IMG/VR virus record: IMGVR_UViG_3300046170_000323
Strand: one strand, 5' to 3'
DNA from: a virus
Lineage: Duplodnaviria; Caudoviricetes
DNA: 64,000 nucleotides
Both the position numbers and the translations under genes were made by a program. The notes beneath the pieces are model-generated. The model was not told the DNA's origin. It made no database searches and was given only the letters and a program-made list of their open reading frames with translations. Of the stretch, positions 20,401 to 28,535 are shown one piece after another. Every line of letters starts with the position of its first letter. Position 1 is the stretch's first letter.

Positions 20401-21491
20401 AATCAAACAAGAAATCTTATGGTGACCTTGTAGTAGAACTGACTGCCGCCGAGAAAAAACTTGTCAATCAAATGTATGACAAGAAAGGTAACCTCACACC
20501 ACTTGGTAAAAAGGTTATGAATCACGGTAAGAAAAAAGGTGACAAGGGTTACGTAGAATCAGTGGAAACACTAGAGGAAGGTGTAAACGATCCTGGCATC
20601 TTTAAGGCAGTGTTCCTCGCAGGTGGGCCAGGCAGTGGTAAATCATTTATGGTTGGTAAGACTGCATTGACTTCAATGGGATTGAAACTGATCAACTCAG
20701 ATCCTGCCTTCGAAGCGCAGTTGAAAAAAGTTGATTTGAAACCAACACCAGAAGACATCTTCACTGCTAAAGGACAGGATGCACGTGCAAAGGCGAAAGC
20801 ACTTACTGACAAAAAACAGGCACTTGCACTCGCAGGTAGACTTGGTCTGGTAATTGACGGTACTGGTAAGGACTATGAGAAAATTGCAAACCAAGCGATG
20901 TCACTCAAGAAGTTGGGTTATGAAGTCGGAATGATCTTTGTAAACACAAACTTGGAGACTGCAATCTCACGTGATGAAAAACGTTCTAGAACACTTGGTG
21001 CGAAAGAAGTAACCAATATGTGGAATGCAGTACAGAACAACATTGGTAAGTTCTCATCACTGTTTGGTGGGAACATGCAGATCGTTGATAACTCAGAAGG
21101 TGCAGACTTTGAGAAGGGTGCAACCAAAGCATATAAACAAATGAAGAAATGGGTTGCAAAAGATCCCAAGTCTCCAATGGCGAAAAAATGGATTGCCTCT
21201 GTGAAAGCACAACGTGGTATCACAGAAGACGATTTAGGTAAAATGATTAACAGTATGGTAGAGGGCAAAGATCAGGAAGATCTTTCAAAAACAGCTTCAC
21301 TATTTGAAAAGGATATTGTAATGGTTCGTGAAGGTTTGGACGTGAAGGAGAGTAAAGTACTTGAGTTGGGGAAACCAGAGACTACGAAGAAATATAAAAC
21401 TGAAACGCCTGGCGAGAAGCCGACGACAGAACCTCAGAGGTTTTCGCAGAGAATTAGAGAAAACATTCTCCGAAACCAAAGAAGAAAATAG
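17436..21491 (+). CDS. 1351-aa modular putative head-internal polyprotein (HIGH-type nucleotidyltransferase, putative BECR RNase, P-loop kinase and small modules)
   Basis: FGRMNPVTIGHEKL; FTKHFVDRMNDKR; LAGGPGSGKS with VIDGTG; hydrophobic-x-E motifs between modules; late promoter. Confidence 0.7.
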   Translation: MYNLKETDKKEKKSKKKDVMKFKEFDPSQYIETEPTLKEAKSDTVVFSFGRMNPVTIGHEKLVNKVKSVAKSMSADSRVYLSHTQNNQKDPLSYKDKYRFARKAFGPIIIQSKARQVFQIAAELEKAGYKNIVMVVGSDRVEEFKRILDKYNGKDYDFASIKVVSAGARDPDADGVEGMSGTKLRGIAQKGQFDDYTDEKGKKQFGFKSAAASKLSDKDKMAMMKLVQKNLAEAELQEALTRQQRMQRARTFRRIKHKIKKGRERASRKRAGIDKLQKRAAKGARNLLKKKMTKGQDYKQMSYGQRQQVDNRLKKVSPARLKALSKRLLPSVKKKEMERIKNRNNKSEGVAQDRQVKDMPGTQPKKYYSGLDKKDKESRARQFARQAKMSDDDPRAYKPAPGDKEAKTKPSKHTKKFQQMYGEADAVAAARERIKREKQSDKDKHDAMMDRARTQDTRSKNQKTEAISPAQQAAIAIAKKAKGQKPKNEDDDPCWDTHKQVGMKKKGGKMVPDCVPKNESIAEEVSQKQINDLEKFADRILAKFKIDVEFTKHFVDRMNDKRNTPEIKVAELQKLFKKIQKNKGKDVKDNEGIEAVLKDLSSDLNLPVVIKTKGDEIELVNKTIMRKKDFKTPSKVIKYEQFSNMDEASRADMRVRKRPHMMLKAGNAGVKFDGRFKMYKKKQVLKDEEKPLEESFESMENMIFDLMESTEAVIAEDSGEALKKKAEKSGMPLGILKKVFDRGVAAWRTGHRPGTTATQWGLARVNSFVTKSKGTWGKADSDLAAKVRKESVDEEKELEKILTTDGRMKSFKEKLRKLGYKKIDEGKSSSGYELYHNDFSSAMKHAYKHAKDKLKVDIDPNEIDDKVATGPRKPSKGKTNSYRLTDKSGKKAVQIQVYNMDGKKYELNMYKEDLDEAPRRKRPPKMTGDSIAIQRAKDAELNKALGRTKTGRKKPVRKMTSTQRSLASLRGEEVENIDDQFDAIIKEAESNKKSYGDLVVELTAAEKKLVNQMYDKKGNLTPLGKKVMNHGKKKGDKGYVESVETLEEGVNDPGIFKAVFLAGGPGSGKSFMVGKTALTSMGLKLINSDPAFEAQLKKVDLKPTPEDIFTAKGQDARAKAKALTDKKQALALAGRLGLVIDGTGKDYEKIANQAMSLKKLGYEVGMIFVNTNLETAISRDEKRSRTLGAKEVTNMWNAVQNNIGKFSSLFGGNMQIVDNSEGADFEKGATKAYKQMKKWVAKDPKSPMAKKWIASVKAQRGITEDDLGKMINSMVEGKDQEDLSKTASLFEKDIVMVREGLDVKESKVLELGKPETTKKYKTETPGEKPTTEPQRFSQRIRENILRNQRRK

Positions 21492-21502
21492 GGAGTAACT
21501 AA

Positions 21503-21658
21503 ATGATTAACTGGATTACAAAACGTTTAACTGAACGTACCACATGGGATGGAGCAGTATTGGTTGCAACAGGTGTTGCAATGATTCTAGTTCCTGTAGA
21601 TCTAATCGCATATGCCGCAATCTTCTACGGTGCATGGACAATGTGGAAGTCAGAGTAA
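21503..21658 (+). CDS. 51-aa membrane protein
   Basis: GGGAG RBS, two hydrophobic segments, abuts next ATG; absent from ORF track. Confidence 0.6.
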   Translation: MINWITKRLTERTTWDGAVLVATGVAMILVPVDLIAYAAIFYGAWTMWKSE

Positions 21659-22093
21659 ATGTATGAATACAGAGTTAAAATCCTTCGTGTAGTAGACGGT
21701 GACACAGTAGATGTGGACATCGATCTAGGTTTTGGTGTATGGTTGAAGAAGGAACGTGTACGTATTATGGGTATTGATACTCCAGAGTCACGTACGAGAG
21801 ATAAGGTCGAGAAGAAGTTCGGTATGGCTGCAAAGAAATGGGTAAAAGATCATATGCCTGTTGGTAGTCATCAGATTCTGAAGACTGAGATCGATAAGTC
21901 TGGTGAAGACAAAAAAGGTAAGTTTGGTCGCATCTTGGGAGACTTCCTCTTAGATGATGGTGAGCAAAGACTCACTGAAAAGATGACCGCCGCAGGGCAT
22001 TGTGTCCCTTACTTTGGTGGATCTAAAGAAGAAGTTCAGGCGTTACACATGAAGAACAGAGAACGTCTAATGCTGGAAGGTGTTGTAAAGTGA
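21659..22093 (+). CDS. thermonuclease (SNase)-like nuclease
   Basis: VVDGDTVD, RVRIMGIDTPE and GKFGRILG motifs. Confidence 0.85.
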   Translation: MYEYRVKILRVVDGDTVDVDIDLGFGVWLKKERVRIMGIDTPESRTRDKVEKKFGMAAKKWVKDHMPVGSHQILKTEIDKSGEDKKGKFGRILGDFLLDDGEQRLTEKMTAAGHCVPYFGGSKEEVQALHMKNRERLMLEGVVK

Positions 22094-22482
22094 AACGTTT
22101 TAAACAATATACTGTAGAAAATTTTGGTTTGTACGAGGGGGTAACAGTTCCCCTCGAATCTCCTATGATAGAAATAGATCCTATCGTATGTGAAGAGAAA
22201 GAACCAGAACTCAACTCTCCAAAAAGAAATAGTGGGGATGGCAAAAAGTATGTTGTTTATGTAAAGGATCCGAAGACAAGTAATGTCAGAAAGATAACAT
22301 TTGGGGATGAAAAGGGTGGATTGACATCTAAGATTGGTGACAGAGATGCAGCACGTGCATTTGCAAGTCGTCATAGTTGTGATACTAAGACTGATAAGAT
22401 GACGCCTGGATATTGGGCGTGTCGTCTACCGAAATATGCAAAACAGTTAGGATTAAGTGGTGGCGGAGATTACTTTTGGTAG
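22090..22482 (+). CDS. putative head-internal protein (DUF6321-like)
   Basis: N-terminus MKRFKQYTVE; KKYVVYVKDPKT...FASRHSC...GYWAC module. Confidence 0.5.
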   Translation: MKRFKQYTVENFGLYEGVTVPLESPMIEIDPIVCEEKEPELNSPKRNSGDGKKYVVYVKDPKTSNVRKITFGDEKGGLTSKIGDRDAARAFASRHSCDTKTDKMTPGYWACRLPKYAKQLGLSGGGDYFW

Positions 22483-22726
22483 GCCATATCTGGATGATGG
22501 GGGGTCAAGACGGTTTGACCATTTACGGGATGACTATGTTTGGCACAGAGATCATTACGACAGAACAGTACGTGTCATTGATGGGAACGGATGGCAGTTC
22601 CAGTTCGACGGATGTTTGCCCTTCCTCATCAGAAAGGGAACAACCTTCAGAATAGAACGTGGTGTGTACCACAGACTTATAAAGGGCGTTGACGAACTTC
22701 ACATCAATATTATAGAACATAAATAG
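22457..22726 (+). CDS. small cupin-like hypothetical protein
   Basis: WHRD...WQFQFD...YHRLIKG pattern; start uncertain. Confidence 0.5.
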   Translation: MVAEITFGRPYLDDGGSRRFDHLRDDYVWHRDHYDRTVRVIDGNGWQFQFDGCLPFLIRKGTTFRIERGVYHRLIKGVDELHINIIEHK

Positions 22727-22768
22727 ATATAGTTAATTAACGATCCAAATAACCTTAAGGATAAAACA

Positions 22769-24901
22769 ATGGACTTTAAAGATAAAATAGACAGTCTTTT
22801 CGGTACTCTGGTTCACCAGAAACTAGAAGAGAAAAAGAACACAGCAGAAGACGCATCAAACGACAAGTCTGATGACGGCGAAGGAATGGACAAAGTAGAT
22901 CCAAAGGCTGCGAAAAAGAAATTCAAAGATCGTAAAGATAAAGATCTGGACAACGATGGTGACATAGATTCATCCGATAAGTTCTTGCACAAGAGACGCA
23001 AGGCAATCGGTAAAGCTATGTCCAAAGATCAGAAAGACGAATCTGTAAAAAAGTCTGATGCGGTAGACCTCAGTGAAGGTGACATGAAGTCTGCCGCTAA
23101 AGAACTGGAATCATATGCCAAGAAGTCTGGTGGAATCGATAAGAAAGATTTCATGAAGGCAGTGGCGATGATGAAAAAGGGTGATGCAAAGGGTCTTGCG
23201 AAGTTTACTAACGATCAAGATACAGAACCACGTGATAAGATCATCGATATAGTTGCAAAACAAATCGGTGTACCCCAAGCAGAAAAGTTGTTTAGTGTCA
23301 GTATTCGTGAAGCAAAAGAGATGACTTCAGCGCAGAAGAAAGCGTTTGATAAACTGTACAAGAAACTAGACGGTGGCCCAGAACATCGTAAGATCAGACA
23401 GAAGATTCAGAATCCTGTCAAAGCAGATGATGCATTTCATGCAATGGTTAAGAAGATGGTTATGGGTGAGGATTACTCTCCACAGTCTATCGTAACTGAA
23501 GCGGAAGTCGAAGAAGGTAAACGTGGGTTTATCATGGCTGCAAAAGCTGCGAAGGCAAAAGGTGAAAAGACCTTTATGTTTGCAGGTAAAGAATATAACT
23601 GTGAAGACATCGATCTTGACGAGGCATCTAAAACTGTTGATGCAATGAAACAAATCGTTGACAAAAAACAGGCGATGAAAATCGACGGTGTTATGGTTGA
23701 CATGTTCACTGCTTCTGCAGTTACGCAGATTTACGACAAAGTAAATGATGCGAACAAGGCGAAGATGGACAAGATGAAAGCAACTCAACTTGCAAACATT
23801 GCAATGAAGATGTTGAAGAAAGAAGAGTTGGAAGAGGCCGCAAAGATGTGCGAGTCCTGTGGTAAAGTCCACGAAGGTTCTTGCATGGAAGAGATGAAGA
23901 ACACTCATGCGCTTATCAACACTGCAGACGGTAACAAAGTTGTTGCAATGGCATCATCTGAAGATGGTGTTAAACAATCTAAAGCATCTGCACAACGTCC
24001 ACCTATGTCAATCAAAGACAAGAACACTCTGAAGATTGTTAAACTTAAGAAACCTGTAAGTCAAAAGGCATCCGATAAAATAATGGGTCGTCCTTTGAAT
24101 GAGGAAACACTTGATGAGAAAATGTCATTCTCACCTAAAGAGGTTAAGATGGCAATCGGTGTTGCATCAGATAAAAGATATGCTGGTGGTAACATGACAG
24201 GTGCAGTCAAGGCAATCGATAAAATCAAAAAGGGTTTGTCAGACCATCCACAAGTCGCTGCAGTTCTAAAGAGACAGAACGAAGAGAAGGTGGAGTGCCC
24301 TCAGTGTGAAGGTAAAGGTTGTGATCATTGTGATAACAAAGGTTACCACACAGAATCTAAAAAGATGGCACTTGCAAAGAAACTTGCAAAGGTATCTGCG
24401 GCTTCTAAAAAGGGTAAATCAAAAGTAACTCTTAAGAAGGCGCCTTGGGACAAGAAAGAAACAGTCAATACTGAACCAGAATTAGAAGAAGCAAAAAACT
24501 ATGAGTACAAGGGCGGTAAAGTCCATATCTCTAAGAAAGACTTCCGCAAGGTTCACAAAGACTTTAAGAATGCAACAAAGGGTAAAGAACGTATGATGAT
24601 TCTTGATCCTAAAACGCAAGCATCTATATCTGTACCAGTTGTGTTCAAAGAAAGTTCTTTTAAAACCAAATTTAAGAATACCCTAAGTAAGAGACTTGCA
24701 GAAACAACTAAAACAGAAGAAAAATCTGATGAAGTTGCAAACAGATATAATGAACTTAAAACAATGCCGCCAGTGGAATTGATGAAACTTTATCAAAAGC
24801 ATGAAAGCGATGCCGACATAGATAAGGTTAAGAAAATGAGCAAAGACGAGATGATCTCGAAAATTGTTGAAAAAGAATTTCAAAACCAAGGAGAAGAATA
24901 A
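22769..24901 (+). CDS. 710-aa modular Lys/Glu-rich putative head-internal polyprotein
   Basis: Many hydrophobic-x-E motifs separating short modules; two CxxC pairs; CATAAATA upstream at about 22718. Confidence 0.6.
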   Translation: MDFKDKIDSLFGTLVHQKLEEKKNTAEDASNDKSDDGEGMDKVDPKAAKKKFKDRKDKDLDNDGDIDSSDKFLHKRRKAIGKAMSKDQKDESVKKSDAVDLSEGDMKSAAKELESYAKKSGGIDKKDFMKAVAMMKKGDAKGLAKFTNDQDTEPRDKIIDIVAKQIGVPQAEKLFSVSIREAKEMTSAQKKAFDKLYKKLDGGPEHRKIRQKIQNPVKADDAFHAMVKKMVMGEDYSPQSIVTEAEVEEGKRGFIMAAKAAKAKGEKTFMFAGKEYNCEDIDLDEASKTVDAMKQIVDKKQAMKIDGVMVDMFTASAVTQIYDKVNDANKAKMDKMKATQLANIAMKMLKKEELEEAAKMCESCGKVHEGSCMEEMKNTHALINTADGNKVVAMASSEDGVKQSKASAQRPPMSIKDKNTLKIVKLKKPVSQKASDKIMGRPLNEETLDEKMSFSPKEVKMAIGVASDKRYAGGNMTGAVKAIDKIKKGLSDHPQVAAVLKRQNEEKVECPQCEGKGCDHCDNKGYHTESKKMALAKKLAKVSAASKKGKSKVTLKKAPWDKKETVNTEPELEEAKNYEYKGGKVHISKKDFRKVHKDFKNATKGKERMMILDPKTQASISVPVVFKESSFKTKFKNTLSKRLAETTKTEEKSDEVANRYNELKTMPPVELMKLYQKHESDADIDKVKKMSKDEMISKIVEKEFQNQGEE

Positions 24902-25464
24902 TGCCACAATGGGGAGACACTGATACTCTGGCGGACGCACCAAAGTTCGAAACGCCAGTATTCACAATCGATGGATCCGATTCTGCAGTAGTAAGTGCAG
25001 TAGCGGACACTGTCGTTCTACCAAATCACGCACTGGAAACAGGCGTAAGAGTAAGATATGATGCATCAAACGTAACACCAATCGTTGGTCTTACAGATGG
25101 TGAAATGTATTTTATTATTCGTGTAGACGAAAACACAGTTAAACTTGCAACATCGTTGTCAAATGCGAATGCAGGTACACAGGTAAACATCACTAACGTT
25201 GGTGATGGTACTGAAGATACTATTCAAGTTGCACCTGCTGATCTGTTCTTCGTTGACCAAGACGAGGCCGCAGTAGAAAGTAACCGTAATAAAGGTATCC
25301 GTACTGCAGGTTGGAATAGTGTAGTAGAATATACTGATCAGAATGGTAACACACGCAGACGCATCGAACCACTTGTTGCAATGCGTAAGACTTCAGCAGA
25401 TGCTGGAGACGCAGGTTTGACTGGAACAACTGGTGACGAAGACGCAACAGTTGCAGATAGTTAA
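24901..25464 (+). CDS. putative virion structural protein
   Basis: Beta-rich acidic sequence; NHALETG...GLTDGEMYFIIRVDENTVKLATS module seen in phage structural proteins. Confidence 0.45.
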   Translation: MPQWGDTDTLADAPKFETPVFTIDGSDSAVVSAVADTVVLPNHALETGVRVRYDASNVTPIVGLTDGEMYFIIRVDENTVKLATSLSNANAGTQVNITNVGDGTEDTIQVAPADLFFVDQDEAAVESNRNKGIRTAGWNSVVEYTDQNGNTRRRIEPLVAMRKTSADAGDAGLTGTTGDEDATVADS

Positions 25465-25486
25465 TCTGGAAGTAGTTACCTAAATT

Positions 25487-25861
25487 ATGATATTAACAGA
25501 ATCAACCTTTTTAATGTATGCAATGAAACACTATGAGAATCCTCACTGTTCAGACATATCTGAATTCGAGGAAGACATGAAACGTTTCCAATATCTCAGG
25601 AAACTCTTTGGTCGATATAGACAAGAGAACGAGTTGAAGGAAAGGTTGATTCTGAATCATATGATAATCATATATAATGTGTTTGGGGAACAGGGAACGC
25701 CCATGTTATTCATGAAGTTGCCTGAATACCACGAATATTTAAAACCTTTTGTAGAGTACTTAAACTATATGCCAACAATCATACGGTATGATGGCATTGG
25801 AATACACCAAGATAGTATCAATGCAGACAGGCATATAATTCAAGTACTTAAGGAAATCTGA
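25487..25861 (+). CDS. conserved T4-like hypothetical protein
   Basis: YAMKHYENPHC...EFEEDMKRF...LKERLILNH pattern. Confidence 0.6.
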   Translation: MILTESTFLMYAMKHYENPHCSDISEFEEDMKRFQYLRKLFGRYRQENELKERLILNHMIIIYNVFGEQGTPMLFMKLPEYHEYLKPFVEYLNYMPTIIRYDGIGIHQDSINADRHIIQVLKEI

Positions 25862-26241
25862 TGGTAGTCGATTTATTTCTAGTATATTCTTTCATAAGGA
25901 AACTTGTCACACCATTTGACAAGTGGCCTGCATATGAACAGGGTATCATAGATGATAAGGGTAAGATCCTTATCAAGAGAAAGAACTTTCTGAAGAAAGC
26001 CCAACGTGATGCGTTTGGGATCTTCGATCTCATGATATTGAACCTCAAAAAAATACTTGCAAAAGTCCCTGGCGGACAATCAAAACTTGCATCCTATGCG
26101 GCTGCATTGTTTTTAATTAGAGAATGGCAACACTTTAGTGATGATTCGCTGTTGACAGAAGAAGTCAATGATGATATAATAGAGGAGTCACTAAAGAGAT
26201 TTGAATGTGAATATTTGAATCCTCTACTAAAGAAGGAATAG
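25861..26241 (+). CDS. conserved T4-like hypothetical protein
   Basis: FIRKLVTPFDKWPAYEQGIIDDKGKIL pattern; coupled start. Confidence 0.6.
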   Translation: MVVDLFLVYSFIRKLVTPFDKWPAYEQGIIDDKGKILIKRKNFLKKAQRDAFGIFDLMILNLKKILAKVPGGQSKLASYAAALFLIREWQHFSDDSLLTEEVNDDIIEESLKRFECEYLNPLLKKE

Positions 26242-26244
26242 ATT

Positions 26245-26442
26245 ATGGCAATTGGTATGGCATTTATCGCAAGGTATTTTGGTGGTAGTACACCCCATGC
26301 GATTAACGAATATTATGGGGTGGCGCCTGGCATCCCATCTAGTGGAACAATTAGATGGTCGGATTTCGACACGTATTTTCGTAACAGGGGTATTACGCCT
26401 GGCTTGACATCAGTGGAATTCGAATTAACTGCAGACGTATAA
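26245..26442 (+). CDS. 65-aa hypothetical protein
   Basis: Fills gap; YFGGSTPHAINEYYG..GIPSSGTI.WSDF motif. Confidence 0.45.
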   Translation: MAIGMAFIARYFGGSTPHAINEYYGVAPGIPSSGTIRWSDFDTYFRNRGITPGLTSVEFELTADV

Positions 26443-26451
26443 GGTAAAGTA

Positions 26452-26877
26452 ATGGCAAAGGGAACCATATTCAGAAAACCAGAGACTGCCAAAGAGTGGT
26501 CAAACCCTGAAGTACTCATTCAGGGTTATGGTCGTTTGAACCTTGAGACTTTGAAAAAGAAGATCGCCAAGGATCATGCAGACGCAATGCGTTTTTTGAA
26601 GATGGAGAACTATGATAATTACGAATATGCCATGAAAAACCTCATGGAGTTTGTTCAAGCAGTCTTAGATGTTGAGACTGAAATGAACGCACCCAGATAC
26701 AAACGTATGAAAAAGAGACTTAAAGAAGAACCTGCTAACAATGTAGGTGGTGGTAAAGTCGCTGGACTGGGAGTTGGTGCACAAGGAGAGCCTGGCTTTA
26801 CTAAGGCACAACAACGCAGATGGGTTAAGAAAAATCGTTCTAAAAGAAAAGATTTTGCCCAATTTATAAATAAGTAG
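26452..26877 (+). CDS. hypothetical protein, possibly head-internal
   Basis: RLKE followed by EPANNVGGGKVAGLG module. Confidence 0.5.
   Translation: MAKGTIFRKPETAKEWSNPEVLIQGYGRLNLETLKKKIAKDHADAMRFLKMENYDNYEYAMKNLMEFVQAVLDVETEMNAPRYKRMKKRLKEEPANNVGGGKVAGLGVGAQGEPGFTKAQQRRWVKKNRSKRKDFAQFINK
26865..26872 (+). promoter_or_regulatory. T4 late promoter TATAAATA
   Basis: Exact consensus 33 nt upstream of ATG 26905. Confidence 0.8.
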
Positions 26878-26904
26878 ACAATTAACTTTTATTAGGAGAT
26901 AACA

Positions 26905-27207
26905 ATGTCTGTAGAAAGTATTATTCAGTCGGCACTAGCGAATAATCCAATGCAAATGAAAAAAGATTTTGCGGATGAAATTTCTGGACGTGTACAGACT
27001 GCACTAGAAGCAAAGTATCAAGAAATGGTTGATGCACAGGAATCAGTTGAAGAGTCCGTAGAGGACATGATCGACGCAGAACTCGACGAAGGCAAAGTCA
27101 AAGAAGAAGATGACATGGAGTCTGATGAAGACGAAGATGATGATGAAATGCCTAAGAAGAAGAAAAAGTCTGACGACGATGAAGACGAAGATGAGGACGA
27201 CGAATAG
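26905..27207 (+). CDS. small acidic prohead-core-like protein (gp67-like)
   Basis: About 100 aa, very acidic tail, LDE motif, late promoter and AGGAG RBS. Confidence 0.5.
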   Translation: MSVESIIQSALANNPMQMKKDFADEISGRVQTALEAKYQEMVDAQESVEESVEDMIDAELDEGKVKEEDDMESDEDEDDDEMPKKKKKSDDDEDEDEDDE

Positions 27208-27218
27208 TCGTTAAATAG

Positions 27219-27710
27219 ATGTTTGCCTCAATTAAAATTGCTGCAGTTATTGTAGTCCTCGCTACCGGCGGGGTGGGTTACCTATACGTAACCAAACTTC
27301 AATCAGACTTAGAAACTGCACGTGCAAACGTGGCTAAGATGGAAGTTGCAGTTCAGACTGCAGAGGCAAGCATTAAAACTCTCCAAGAAGATACACAAAG
27401 ACTTAATGAGTTAAATCAGGGTCTACAGAATAATCTTCAGAGAGCGGAAGAGTACGGAGACGATCTCCGTCTAAAACTCCAGAGACATAATTTAACTGCA
27501 AGGGCTTTGAAAAACCCTGCTGATCTTGAAGGATCTATGAATGGTGCGACAGCAAAATTATGGCGTGAGTTGGAACAAGACACTGGTGGTAGTGGGAACG
27601 CTCCTCTGCCTAACTGGTTGCAGTCTGGTGACTCCAGAACCGAAAGTAGTGACGGTGACGGAGATACAGAAGACGACAATTCCGACAGTAGCACGTCCAA
27701 AACCGATTAA
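27219..27710 (+). CDS. inner-membrane spanin (Rz-like)
   Basis: N-terminal TM helix then long coiled coil; 3' end overlaps lipoprotein gene. Confidence 0.7.
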   Translation: MFASIKIAAVIVVLATGGVGYLYVTKLQSDLETARANVAKMEVAVQTAEASIKTLQEDTQRLNELNQGLQNNLQRAEEYGDDLRLKLQRHNLTARALKNPADLEGSMNGATAKLWRELEQDTGGSGNAPLPNWLQSGDSRTESSDGDGDTEDDNSDSSTSKTD

Positions 27711-27924
27711 CTTATCTGATACACGACTATATGTCGTTAATGAGGGTAACATTGACGAATTCTTAGATGAGTTCGAAAGTGTTAATGGTAATCGTGCGTT
27801 TGTTGCATTCTCAGTTAAAGATTATGAGAACCTTGCCCTTAATATTTCTGAACTGCGACGATATATAAAGCAACAAGGTGAAATTATTTTGTATTATGAG
27901 GACGCTGTGAAACCTGCCCCTTGA
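27541..27924 (+). CDS. outer-membrane spanin lipoprotein (Rz1-like)
   Basis: Lipobox LTGC after hydrophobic stretch, Pro-rich linker; overlaps i-spanin in another frame. Confidence 0.7.
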   Translation: MVRQQNYGVSWNKTLVVVGTLLCLTGCSLVTPEPKVVTVTEIQKTTIPTVARPKPINLSDTRLYVVNEGNIDEFLDEFESVNGNRAFVAFSVKDYENLALNISELRRYIKQQGEIILYYEDAVKPAP

Positions 27925-27970
27925 TAAATATCCTTAGTAATTAGGTATACTATTATTTGCGTAACAAATG

Positions 27971-27990
27971 AAACCCCGATTAGGGGTTTT
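27971..27990 (+). terminator. intrinsic terminator-like hairpin
   Basis: AAACCCC-GATTA-GGGGTTT followed by T. Confidence 0.55.
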
Positions 27991-28009
27991 ATCAATTCCA
28001 TCAAGGGGA

Positions 28010-28471
28010 ATGAACTTGTCAGAAGAATTAAACCAATTAAAAATAGACATTGCTTTAATTAAAAAAGACATCCGTCAAATCGAGCGTTTCTTCAACAAGG
28101 TTGATGAGACCGTTGACGCTATGTCTGGAATTGCAAAGGATCTGGCAGTTCAAGAACAGAAGAATGTTAACGCTAACCAAAAAATAAAGTTTCTTGATGC
28201 CAAGATTGATGAGAACACCAAGTCTCAACTTGAAGCACGTCTTGTATTGGCAGACCAATTGGATGATACACGTATAGAATTTCGTGATGCACTCGCCAAG
28301 GTCTCCTCTGTGGACGAGGACGGTATCAACGAGGTATTCGAAAAGATCCAGTCGTTAGAAGACCGTGTAGTCGATCTAGAACGTGCCAGATGGTACGGTA
28401 TGGGAGTCGCAGGCACAATTATCTTTATCCTAGGCATAATTTCTTTGGACTTTCTGCCTTTTAATGGTTGA
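28010..28471 (+). CDS. coiled-coil protein with C-terminal TM helix
   Basis: AAGGGG RBS before ATG 28010; heptad pattern; hydrophobic C-terminus. Confidence 0.55.
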   Translation: MNLSEELNQLKIDIALIKKDIRQIERFFNKVDETVDAMSGIAKDLAVQEQKNVNANQKIKFLDAKIDENTKSQLEARLVLADQLDDTRIEFRDALAKVSSVDEDGINEVFEKIQSLEDRVVDLERARWYGMGVAGTIIFILGIISLDFLPFNG

Positions 28472-28496
28472 CAAAGCTTTAATCTAGTGTTATAAT
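28468..28496 (+). promoter_or_regulatory. sigma70-type promoter upstream of primase
   Basis: TTGACA-17 nt-TATAAT. Confidence 0.8.
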
Positions 28497-28535
28497 CTCT
28501 CTAACAGTTAAACACACTTGGATACTTTTTATAAT

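Noticed and set aside
27100-27207. GAT/GAA/GAC low-complexity tract
   Set aside because: Simply encodes the acidic tail of the prohead-core-like protein
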